From Kofleriaceae bacterium (GTDB lineage: Bacteria; Myxococcota_A; Polyangia; Haliangiales; Haliangiaceae): a stretch of 64,000 bases of DNA. The stretch spans positions 86,737 to 150,736 of the forward strand of contig JBKJLC010000237.1 in assembly GCA_046597055.1 (NCBI GenBank), given 5' to 3'. Under the pieces are notes generated by a model. It was not told the origin of the DNA, ran no database searches, and saw only the letters and a program-made list of their open reading frames with translations. This document shows, piece by piece, positions 33,774 to 42,238 of this stretch (the stretch's first letter is position 1; each line of letters opens with the position of its first letter). The position numbers and the translations under genes are program-made.

Positions 33774-34248
33774 CGACGAGCCGCCCGACCAGACGTCGGC
33801 TGACGGGCGGGTCGCGGTCGAGCTCGAGCACGCGCGTGGCCACCACGCCCGCTGGGTCGTGATCGGCGGGGTGATCGGGGTCCTGTGCGTCTTGAAGCTC
33901 GGCACCCTGGGCAAGGGGGTCGGCGTCCTGCTGCTGGCGCTGGCGGCCTGGGCCGCCTACAAGCTGGTGCGGACCTACGTGCACCCACCCGGCACCCTCG
34001 TGGTCGACGGCGATCGGGTCCAGCTGCCGCGCGGCCTGTGCCGGGGCGCGCCGACCGAGCTCGCGCGCGGCGCGGTGACCGGCGCCTACTTCCTCCGGCG
34101 CTCGGTGCCGTGGACGCGGGCCGCGCCGGTGCTGGTGGTCGAAGCGGGCGGCAAGGCGTTCGTGTACCCGCGCGACTGGTTCGCCGCCGAGGCCGATCAG
34201 CGCCGCGTGCTCGAGGCGCTCGCCGGCGCCGGCCCCGCCGCGCCGTGA
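33724..34248 (+). CDS. Hypothetical membrane protein (2 TM)
   Basis: Two hydrophobic helices and coding-like codon bias; start uncertain. Confidence 0.6.
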   Translation: MSVTSPGTGSARTQRRDDEPPDQTSADGRVAVELEHARGHHARWVVIGGVIGVLCVLKLGTLGKGVGVLLLALAAWAAYKLVRTYVHPPGTLVVDGDRVQLPRGLCRGAPTELARGAVTGAYFLRRSVPWTRAAPVLVVEAGGKAFVYPRDWFAAEADQRRVLEALAGAGPAAP

Positions 34249-34769
34249 CCCGGCTCGCGCTGCGCGGGCGGTTCGCCAGCGCCGTGAGCGTGGCGCTCGT
34301 CGCGCTGGCGGGCGCCGCGGCCGCCGAACCACTGGACCTGGGGCCGGCCCGGCTGGCCCTCGATCCGGCCTGGATCGGCGCGGCGCCGGCGCCAGCCCCG
34401 AGCGACGCGCCGCTGGTCCGCACCCACCCGAGTGGCGCCACCTTGACCGTCACCCGCGCCGCGGTCGGCAACCCCGACGCGTGGCGCCGCCAGACGCACG
34501 ACGCGTACGTCGACGCGATCGAGGCCGGCTTCGCGCGCACCGCCGGCTACGTGCGGGTCGACCACGGACGGCCGCGCCTGGGCGCCGCCGGGGTGCCGAC
34601 CCTCGAGCTCACCTTCCGTCGCACCGTCGGCGGTCGGCGCGAGATCGTCGCGGTGCGCGTGCTGCTGTTCCGCACCGTCACGTTCGCCGCCGCGGCCGCC
34701 GCGCCCGACACCCGCGCGGGGCGACGGCTCGCCGAGGCCGCGGTCGCAAGCCTGACCCCGGACGCCTGA
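34245..34769 (+). CDS. Hypothetical secreted protein
   Basis: GTGA overlap with the upstream gene; signal peptide ending AAA-E. Confidence 0.6.
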   Translation: MTRLALRGRFASAVSVALVALAGAAAAEPLDLGPARLALDPAWIGAAPAPAPSDAPLVRTHPSGATLTVTRAAVGNPDAWRRQTHDAYVDAIEAGFARTAGYVRVDHGRPRLGAAGVPTLELTFRRTVGGRREIVAVRVLLFRTVTFAAAAAAPDTRAGRRLAEAAVASLTPDA

Positions 34770-35046
34770 GCCGAGCGACACGAGGCGGCGCTGGTTCCGT
34801 ACAGATCGGGCGCGGCCTCCAGGCCGCGGCCGACCGATCGAAAGGAGGGTGGGATTCGAAAGAATCCCAGCCGCTGAGCCACCCAGCCTCGACGCCGGGT
34901 CCGGCGGTAACCAGCGTTGCCTCCGTGCGCCAGGGCCGTCGCGCGAGGTGTCCGGGCACACCGTGCCGATGCACCTGATTGTGGATGTCATCGCTGGTCA
35001 GGTCGGCGCGGCGTGCGGGTCGCCGACCAGCTGGAATGGTGCGGCG

Positions 35047-37629
35047 ATGCACCGCAGCTCTCTGCTCGTCCTTGCCGCGATCTTGGCGGGGTGTACCGAG
35101 GGAGGTGAGGTCGGCGAGAGCCGGGCGTTCATCACCCTGCCCGCCGACTTCTCCGACAACGCGGTCGCCGCGGTCGCCAGCCCGACCGCGCTCGCGTTCA
35201 CGCCGGACGGGCGGCTGCTGGTCACCACCCAGCCCGGCCAGGTCCGGGTGATCGTCGGGGGCCAGCTCCGCGCCGGCGCCGCGCTCGATCTCGGCGGCCG
35301 GCTGTGCAGCAACTCGGAGCGCGGCCTGCTCGGGCTCGCGATCGACCCCGACTTCGCCAGCAACGGCCACGTCTACCTCTTCTACACGTTCAACAAGTTC
35401 AACAGCTGCGTCGGCAACGTGATCGGCACGTCGCCGGTCAACCGGGTCTCGCGGTTCACCTACGACCGTGCGGCCGACACGATCGCGACCTCGACCGAGG
35501 TGGTGCTGGTCGACAACATCCTGTCGCTCAACGGCAACCACAACGGCGGCGATCTCCACGTCGGGCCCGACGGCCGGCTCTACGTGACGGTCGGCGACAG
35601 CGGTTGCAAGATCGGCGGCGGCGGCTGTGGCGGCGGCAACACCAACGCCATGTTCAAGTCGCACCTGAGCGGCAAGATCCTCCGGGTCGATCGCACCACG
35701 GGCGCGCCGCCGTCAGACAACCCGCTGATGACCGCAGCGGGCGCCCGCCGGTGCGGCACCGCCGGCACGGCTCCGTCGTATCCCAACGACGACTCGCGGC
35801 CCTGTCAGGAGAACTGGGCGTACGGCCTGCGCAACCCGTTCCGGTTCGCGTGGGAGCCGGGCACCTCGACCTTCTTCATCAACGACGTCGGCCAGAACCT
35901 GTACGAGGAGATCGATCAGGGCGTGAAGGGCGCCAACTACGGCTGGAACACCCGCGAGGGCTTCTGCCCCAACAACACGCCCTGCACGCCGGGCGCAGCG
36001 CCGGCCGGGCTGACCCATCCCATCCACGCCTACGGCCGCGCCGGCGACTGCAGGTCGATCACCGGCGGTGCGTTCGTGCCGGCTGGCGGCTGGTCGGCCG
36101 GGTTCGACGGCGACTACCTGTTCGGTGATTACGTGTGCGGCAAGATCTTCCGGCTGCAGCGCGACGGCGGCCAGGTCGCGGTCACCGAGTTCGCGTCGGC
36201 GCTGGGCGGCTCGAGCGTGGTCGCGATGCGCTTCGGCCCTGGCCCCGGCGCCGCGCCCAGCCTCTACTACACGACCTACGCCGGCGGCGGCCAGATCCGC
36301 CGCATCGACTTCACCGGGGTCGGTAGCAACCGCGCGCCGGTCGCGCTGGTGACCGCGACCCCGACCTCGGGCGCGGTGCCGCTGACGGTGGCCTTCGACG
36401 GCAGCGCCAGCGCAGATCCCGACGTCGACGACTCGATCGTCACCTACCGGTGGAGCTTCGGCGACGGCGCCAGCGTCGACACCACGACGCCCACCACCAG
36501 CCACACGTACAGCACCGCGACCGCGCGAACCGCGAGCCTGCGCGTGATCGACGAGCGCGGCGCGATCTCGGCGCCGGCGACCGTCGCGATCAACCCGGGC
36601 GGGAGCCCGCCCACGGTGACCCTCACCAGCCCGGCGGCGTCCGCCACCTACAGCGTCGGCCAGGTCGTCACCCTCATCGCGTCGGCGAGCGATGCCCAGG
36701 ACGGGACCTTGCCCGCCAGCGCGCTGAGCTGGCGGGTGCTCAAGCGGCACGACACCCACACCCATCCGTTCTTCGGCCCGGCGACCGGCAACAGCCTGTC
36801 CATCACCACCGACCCGCCCGAGGATCTGCTGGCCGCGACCAACAGCTCGCTCGAGATCCAGGTCACGGCGACCGACGCGAGCGGTCAGTCGACCACCGTC
36901 ACGCGCACGTTCTTGCCGCGCAAGGTCGACCTGACCTTCCAGACCAGTCCGCCCGGGCTGCAGGTCGTGCTCGACACCACCGTCGCGCGCACCGGGCCCT
37001 CGACCGCGGTGTCGTGGGTCGGCTGGGGCCTGCGCGTGCGCGCCGACGATCAGGTCGCCGGCGGCCAGAGCTACCGCTTCCAGGGCTGGTCCGACGGCGG
37101 CGCGCGCGATCACGTGATCACCACCCCGGCGGCCGCGACCACGTACACCGCGACGTTCGCGCCCGCGCCGTTCGCGGTGCGGATCAACTTCCAGCCGGCC
37201 GGCGCCCCGATCCCGGCGGGCTACCGGGCCGACACCGGCGCCGCCTACGGCGATCGCGGCAACGGCCTCAGCTACGGCTGGAACACCGCGACCAACGAGA
37301 CCCGCGACCGCAACGCGGCCAACTCGCCCGATCAGCGCCACGACACGCTCAACCACCTGCAGAAGCCGTCGAACCCGAGCGCGCGCTGGGAGGTCGCGGT
37401 GCCCAACGGCACGTATCAGGTGCGGGTGCTCGCCGGCGACCCGCTGCACGTCGACAGCGTGTTTCGCCTGCAGGCCGAGTCGACCCTGGTCGTCAGCGGC
37501 ACGCCGACCACCGCGGCCCGCTGGTTCGAAGGCACCGCGACCGTGACCGTGACCGACGGACGCCTGACCGTGTCGAGCGGCGCCGGCGCCAGCAACAACA
37601 AGATCAACTCGATCGACATCACCCGCTGA
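35047..37629 (+). CDS. PQQ-dependent glucose/sorbosone dehydrogenase-family lipoprotein with PKD, Ig-like and carbohydrate-binding-like domains
   Basis: Lipobox LAGC; ERGLLG, NHNGG, GKILR, YGLRNPFR, GANYGW; PKD WSFGDG; C-terminal RINFQP...WEVAVPNGTY. Confidence 0.88.
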   Translation: MHRSSLLVLAAILAGCTEGGEVGESRAFITLPADFSDNAVAAVASPTALAFTPDGRLLVTTQPGQVRVIVGGQLRAGAALDLGGRLCSNSERGLLGLAIDPDFASNGHVYLFYTFNKFNSCVGNVIGTSPVNRVSRFTYDRAADTIATSTEVVLVDNILSLNGNHNGGDLHVGPDGRLYVTVGDSGCKIGGGGCGGGNTNAMFKSHLSGKILRVDRTTGAPPSDNPLMTAAGARRCGTAGTAPSYPNDDSRPCQENWAYGLRNPFRFAWEPGTSTFFINDVGQNLYEEIDQGVKGANYGWNTREGFCPNNTPCTPGAAPAGLTHPIHAYGRAGDCRSITGGAFVPAGGWSAGFDGDYLFGDYVCGKIFRLQRDGGQVAVTEFASALGGSSVVAMRFGPGPGAAPSLYYTTYAGGGQIRRIDFTGVGSNRAPVALVTATPTSGAVPLTVAFDGSASADPDVDDSIVTYRWSFGDGASVDTTTPTTSHTYSTATARTASLRVIDERGAISAPATVAINPGGSPPTVTLTSPAASATYSVGQVVTLIASASDAQDGTLPASALSWRVLKRHDTHTHPFFGPATGNSLSITTDPPEDLLAATNSSLEIQVTATDASGQSTTVTRTFLPRKVDLTFQTSPPGLQVVLDTTVARTGPSTAVSWVGWGLRVRADDQVAGGQSYRFQGWSDGGARDHVITTPAAATTYTATFAPAPFAVRINFQPAGAPIPAGYRADTGAAYGDRGNGLSYGWNTATNETRDRNAANSPDQRHDTLNHLQKPSNPSARWEVAVPNGTYQVRVLAGDPLHVDSVFRLQAESTLVVSGTPTTAARWFEGTATVTVTDGRLTVSSGAGASNNKINSIDITR

Positions 37630-37733
37630 CGATCGCCGCGCCCCGCACCGCTCGACGTCGGCGCCGCCTCACCAGGGCGGATGGATCGTGCACGCCTGCG
37701 TGGTGCCTCCCGCCACGTCTGGGTTGCGAGGCG

Positions 37734-38414
37734 TCAGAACGAGACCGGGATCTCGAGCACGTTGTTGCTGCGATCGGTCTCTTCGATGAGGCCGGTGGGA
37801 TCGAGCGCGATCCGCAGCGTGTACACGCCGGGCGCGACCCCGGTCACGTCGATCCACTGGCACGGCAGCTCGCGCGGGTAGCTGTCGGCCCAGCCAGCCG
37901 AGATGCCCTGGTTGCCGCAGTGGTAGCCGTGGCTCGGTCGCTGGGGGTCGAGCCGGAGCGAGTCGGCCAGGCAGAAGGCCTGCTTGTGGCCGGTCAGCAT
38001 GACGCCGCCCGGGCCGATCAGCTGGTACTCGGCGAAGCCGACCATGTGAAAGTGGCCGTGGCAGGTCGAGTAGACGAAGCGGGGATCGAGGTGCGGCGGC
38101 CCGAACGCGAGGTCGCCTTCGCCGAGGTTGGCCGCGACCGTCGTGAAGCGCAGCAGGCGGCGCAGGCCAGGGCCGCCGACGCAGGCTTCCTCGATCTCGC
38201 AGGCGTCGGCGCGGAAGTCCTGCTCCTGCACGAGGATCGAGGGCTCCATCAGGCTCGCGACCAGCGCGAGATCGGGCAAGAGGCCGCTGGCGGCATCGAC
38301 CGTCAGGGCCGGCGCGTCGAGCAGGACCGCGGCGTCGCGTCCCGGCGGCGGCAGCTGCTCGTCGCTGGCGCCGCACCCGGCCAGCGCGGCCACGATCGCG
38401 AGGCGGCCGCCCAT
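37734..38414 (-). CDS. Lysyl oxidase family lipoprotein
   Basis: Lipobox LAGC; RRLLRF, CHGHFH Cu site, GHKQAFCL, GWADSY, CQWIDVT, E.DRSNN. Confidence 0.88.
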   Translation of the reverse strand: MGGRLAIVAALAGCGASDEQLPPPGRDAAVLLDAPALTVDAASGLLPDLALVASLMEPSILVQEQDFRADACEIEEACVGGPGLRRLLRFTTVAANLGEGDLAFGPPHLDPRFVYSTCHGHFHMVGFAEYQLIGPGGVMLTGHKQAFCLADSLRLDPQRPSHGYHCGNQGISAGWADSYPRELPCQWIDVTGVAPGVYTLRIALDPTGLIEETDRSNNVLEIPVSF

Positions 38415-38422
38415 GCCGGCGC

Positions 38423-39640
38423 TCACCCTGGCTCGAAGCAGGCGACCAGCTCGATGTGAGCGGTCTGCGGCATCAGGTCGAGGCCCTGGGCCCAGCGCGG
38501 ACGCAGGCCGGTGGCGGCGAGCGCCTCGGCGTCCCGCGCGAAGGTCGCCGGGTCGCACGAGACGTACACCACCCGCGCCGGCGCCAGCGCGGCCAGGCTG
38601 CCGGCGACGTCGCGGGCGCCGGTGCGCGGTGGGTCGAGCAAGATGACCTCGAAGCGCGCGCCGGCGCCGACCAGGCGCGCGACGACCTCGGCGGCGATGC
38701 CGGTCACGACCTCGCCGACCGGGTGGGCCGGGGCCCGCTCGTCGACCGCGGTGACGGCGGCGCCGGCCGCGGCCAGCGCGCGCGTGAAGTTGCCGCCGCC
38801 GGCGTGGAGCTCGAGGACGCGGGTGCCATCGACGACCGCGCACGCGTCCTGCACCAGCGCGCGCAGCGCCGCGTTGCCGCTGGCCGAGGCCTGCGCGAAG
38901 TCATCGGCGCGCGCCCACAGCCCGGGCTCGAGCTCGACCGCGGCGGCCCCGGCGGCGCCGCGGTTCCACGCGACCCCGACGATGCCGGCCTGGCCGACCA
39001 GGGCGGCCGCCGCGGTCGGATCGCACGGCACCGCCAGCACGACGTGGGCCCCGGCGAGGCCGGCAACCACGTGAAGCTCGCCGGCGGCCGCCGGGGCAAG
39101 CACGCCGCCAGCGCGGATCGCACCGAGCACGGCCGCGACCGCCGGCTCGAGCTGCACGCACACACCGACGATGTCGCTGACGTGGTGGCTGCGCGGCGCA
39201 TGAAAGCCGATCGCGCCGCCGACGACCGTGCACCGCGCGCGCCGTCGCCAGTGGTAGTCGGGCACCGGCGTGACCAGCGGCCGTAGCTCGAGCCCGGCCG
39301 CGACCAGGCGTCGCAGCGCACCGGCCAGGATCTGCTGCTTGGCCGTGCGCTGCGCGTCGATCGCGACGTGCTGCCACTGGCAACCTCCGCAGGCGGCGGC
39401 CGCGAACAGCGGGCACGGTGGCTCGACCCGCACCGGCGACCGCGCATCGACCGCGATCAGCTCGGCGCGAGCCCACCGCGCGTGGGCCTCGACCACCCGC
39501 GCCCGCACCACGTCGCCGGGCGCGGCGCCGGCGACGAACGTGGCGCGCCCCGTGCGATCCTTGCCGACGCCATCGCCGCCGGCGGCGAGCCCGTGGACGT
39601 CGACGCGGACCACCGTGCCCGGGCCCTGCGGCGAGCTCAC
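38423..39640 (-). CDS. Second RlmD/TrmA-family RNA m5U methyltransferase
   Basis: TRAM domain, C..CGGCQWQH, FAQ, LDPPRTG, VYVSCDPAT, DLMPQTAHIE. Confidence 0.85.
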   Translation of the reverse strand: MSSPQGPGTVVRVDVHGLAAGGDGVGKDRTGRATFVAGAAPGDVVRARVVEAHARWARAELIAVDARSPVRVEPPCPLFAAAACGGCQWQHVAIDAQRTAKQQILAGALRRLVAAGLELRPLVTPVPDYHWRRRARCTVVGGAIGFHAPRSHHVSDIVGVCVQLEPAVAAVLGAIRAGGVLAPAAAGELHVVAGLAGAHVVLAVPCDPTAAAALVGQAGIVGVAWNRGAAGAAAVELEPGLWARADDFAQASASGNAALRALVQDACAVVDGTRVLELHAGGGNFTRALAAAGAAVTAVDERAPAHPVGEVVTGIAAEVVARLVGAGARFEVILLDPPRTGARDVAGSLAALAPARVVYVSCDPATFARDAEALAATGLRPRWAQGLDLMPQTAHIELVACFEPG

Positions 39641-40374
39641 GAGGCGATCACCTCGGTGCCGCGCCCGACCCCGAGCCGGGCGGCGGCCGAGCCCTCGCGG
39701 ACGGCCACCTCGAGCGTACCCGCCGAGCCGAGGTAGCAGCCGAGCGCACCCGGGTCGAGGTCAGCATAGGTGGTGACCGGAGCCGCGGTGCGGCCAGCGA
39801 CCGTGACGGCGCGGGCGGGCCCGGCCAGGTTGGTGATGAGGTTGCCGTAGCCGTCGACGTGGACGACCACGCCGGTGCCGCCGGTGGCGCGCGCCGGCCA
39901 GGCCAGCCGACCTGCGAGGCAGGTCGCGGGGCCCGCCAGCGATGGGGGCAGCCCGCGCGCGAGCGCCGCCGCCGCCGGCGCGAACACGTCGCGGCCGTGG
40001 AAGGTCGCCGACCGCTCGGGCAGCCGGAACGCCGGCGAGGTCACGACGTGCACGTGATCGGGGGTGGCCGCGACGTAGTCGAACAGGCCGTTGTCGGGCC
40101 CGACGAACAGGTGGCCGTCGACGCCGACGATGACGCCGGCACGGTCGCCGCCGACCCCGGGGTCGACCACCGCGACGTGGATGGTGCCGAGCGGGAACTC
40201 GCGCGCGCTGGTCGCGAGCACCCACGCACCGTGGGCGATGTCGTGGCGCGGCACGTGGTGGGCGAGATCGACCACCACCGCCGCCGGCGCCAGGCGCGCG
40301 ATCACGCCTTTCATCGCGCCGACGTAGCCGTCGGCGGTCCCGAAGTCGGTGGTGAGCGTGATCACCGGCGCCAC
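39637..40374 (-). CDS. SAM hydroxide adenosyltransferase (DUF62, chlorinase/fluorinase family)
   Basis: ITLTTDFG, VVDPGVG, GPDNG, TFHGRDVFAP, DGYGN. Confidence 0.92.
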   Translation of the reverse strand: MAPVITLTTDFGTADGYVGAMKGVIARLAPAAVVVDLAHHVPRHDIAHGAWVLATSAREFPLGTIHVAVVDPGVGGDRAGVIVGVDGHLFVGPDNGLFDYVAATPDHVHVVTSPAFRLPERSATFHGRDVFAPAAAALARGLPPSLAGPATCLAGRLAWPARATGGTGVVVHVDGYGNLITNLAGPARAVTVAGRTAAPVTTYADLDPGALGCYLGSAGTLEVAVREGSAAARLGVGRGTEVIAS

Positions 40375-40449
40375 GTTCGCACTGTACAGGACGCGGGCCG
40401 GCCGGTCGCGCCGTTGACTTGCGTCGCGACCGGCCTGACGATGCGCGCG

Positions 40450-41148
40450 ATGAACAAGGTCTTCGCCGACGCGGCGGCCGCGCTCCACGACGTGACCGAC
40501 GGCGCCGTCATCCTGGCCGGCGGCTTCGGCCTGTCCGGTAACCCCGAGCACTGCATCCGCGAGCTGGCCCGGCGGGCCATCAAGGACCTGACGATCGTGT
40601 CCAACAACTGTGGCACGACCGAGAAGGGCCTGGGCGTCCTGCTCGCCAACGGCCAGGTCCGCAAGATGATCTCGTCGTACGTCGGCGAGAACAAGGTCTT
40701 CGAGAAGCTCTACCTGTCGGGCCAGCTCGAGGTCGAGCTGTGCCCGCAGGGCACGCTGGCCGAACGCGTGCGCGCCGGGGGCGCCGGCATCGAGGCGTTC
40801 TTCACGCCGACCGGCTACGGCACCAAGATCGCCGAGGGCAAGGAGACCCGCGAGATCGCCGGCAAGCGCTGCGTGCTCGAGCACGCGATCCGCGGCGACG
40901 TCGCGATCGTGAAGGCGTGGAAGGGTGACGCCTGGGGCAACCTCGTGTACCGGAAGACCGCGCGCAACTTCAATCCGCTGATGGCGACCGCCGCCCGGAT
41001 CACGATCGCGGAGGTCGAGGAGCTGGTGCCGGTCGGCGAGCTCGCCCCCGACGCCGTCCATACCCCGTCGATCTACGTGCAGCGCATCTTCGTCGGTACG
41101 TCGTACGAGAAGCCGATCGAGCAGCGGACCGTACAGAAGCGGGCGTGA
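40450..41148 (+). CDS. scoA: 3-oxoacid CoA-transferase subunit A
   Basis: [33 protein letters not shown]. Confidence 0.92.
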   Translation: MNKVFADAAAALHDVTDGAVILAGGFGLSGNPEHCIRELARRAIKDLTIVSNNCGTTEKGLGVLLANGQVRKMISSYVGENKVFEKLYLSGQLEVELCPQGTLAERVRAGGAGIEAFFTPTGYGTKIAEGKETREIAGKRCVLEHAIRGDVAIVKAWKGDAWGNLVYRKTARNFNPLMATAARITIAEVEELVPVGELAPDAVHTPSIYVQRIFVGTSYEKPIEQRTVQKRA

Positions 41149-41179
41149 GCGGGGGCCGGCCCGCTGCGGGCCGGGGCGC

Positions 41180-41278
41180 GGGAGAGGGACAGGGAGAGGG
41201 ACAGGGAGAGGGACAGGGAGAGGGAGAGGGAGAGGGACAGCGAGACGGACAGCGAGACGGACAGCGAGACGGAGACGG
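41180..41278. repeat. Purine-rich 6/12-bp tandem repeat (GGAGAGGGACAG / CGAGACGGACAG)
   Basis: Read directly between scoA and scoB. Confidence 0.9.
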
Positions 41279-41315
41279 TGAGCGAGCCGGACCGCGGAAC
41301 GAGAGAAGGACCCCG

Positions 41316-41972
41316 ATGACCGCCATGCAGCGCCTCGATCGAGATCAGATGGCCCGCCGCGTTGCCGCCGAGCTGCGCGACGGCTTCTACGTGAACCTCG
41401 GGATCGGGATGCCGACCCTGGTCGCCAACTTCATCCCGGCCGGGATGGACGTCGTGCTGCAGTCCGAGAACGGGATGCTCGGCATCGGACCGTTCCCGCT
41501 CGAGGGCGAGGAGGATCCCGATCTGATCAACGCCGGGAAGCAGACCATCACGGCGATCCCGGGCTCCTCGTTCTTCGACTCGGCCGAGAGCTTCGCGATG
41601 ATCCGCGGCGGCCACGTCGACGTGTCGATCCTCGGCGCGATGGAGGTGTCGGCCACCGGCGACCTCGCGAACTGGATGATCCCGGGCAAGATGGTGAAGG
41701 GCATGGGCGGCGCGATGGATCTCGTCGCTGGCTCTCGCCGGGTGATCGTGATGATGGAGCACACGACCAAGGACGGGGCGCCCAAGATCCTCGAGACCTG
41801 CACGTTGCCCCTGACCGGCGTCGGCGTGGTGAACACCATCGTCACCGACCTCGCGGTGATCGACGTGACCCCGACCGGCCTGGTCGTTCGCGAGTGCGCC
41901 CCCGGCATCTCCTTCGCCGACCTCCAGGCCGCCACGGGCGCGCCCCTCACCGACGGCCGCGCCTCGACCTGA
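41316..41972 (+). CDS. scoB: 3-oxoacid CoA-transferase subunit B
   Basis: [14 protein letters not shown] (catalytic Glu), GMGGAMDL; in-frame upstream GTG at 41145 is also possible. Confidence 0.92.
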   Translation: MTAMQRLDRDQMARRVAAELRDGFYVNLGIGMPTLVANFIPAGMDVVLQSENGMLGIGPFPLEGEEDPDLINAGKQTITAIPGSSFFDSAESFAMIRGGHVDVSILGAMEVSATGDLANWMIPGKMVKGMGGAMDLVAGSRRVIVMMEHTTKDGAPKILETCTLPLTGVGVVNTIVTDLAVIDVTPTGLVVRECAPGISFADLQAATGAPLTDGRAST

Positions 41973-42126
41973 GCCTCCACAACAGCTGGTGTGCCGCGCC
42001 AGCCGGTAGCGCCCTGCCCCGCCCGCCCCTCTCCCGGCGGTGGTGCGAGCACGGGCGCCCGCGACCGGCCCGAGGCGAGGAGCCCGGGCTGCGAGGCGAC
42101 GGGAGGGACCCACGAACGACCGGTAT

Positions 42127-42160
42127 CCCTGAGCAAGGCGCGAAGCGCCGGGTCGAAGGG
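42127..42160 (+). repeat. REP-like element CCCTGAGC...GTCGAAGGG with an inserted hairpin
   Basis: CCCTGAGCAA-GGCGCGAAGCGCC-GGGTCGAAGGG between convergent genes. Confidence 0.65.
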
Positions 42161-42238
42161 CCGTCTGGTCGTGACGAAGTGGGAGGGACCCGGCAACGAC
42201 GCAGACCGGGCCCGCAGCCCGGGCCGGTCCCCGCGCCG

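Noticed and set aside
39637..40374. Halogenase (fluorinase/chlorinase) biosynthetic cluster
   Set aside because: The TFHGRD motif and housekeeping context fit the common DUF62 SAM hydrolase; there are no secondary metabolite genes nearby.
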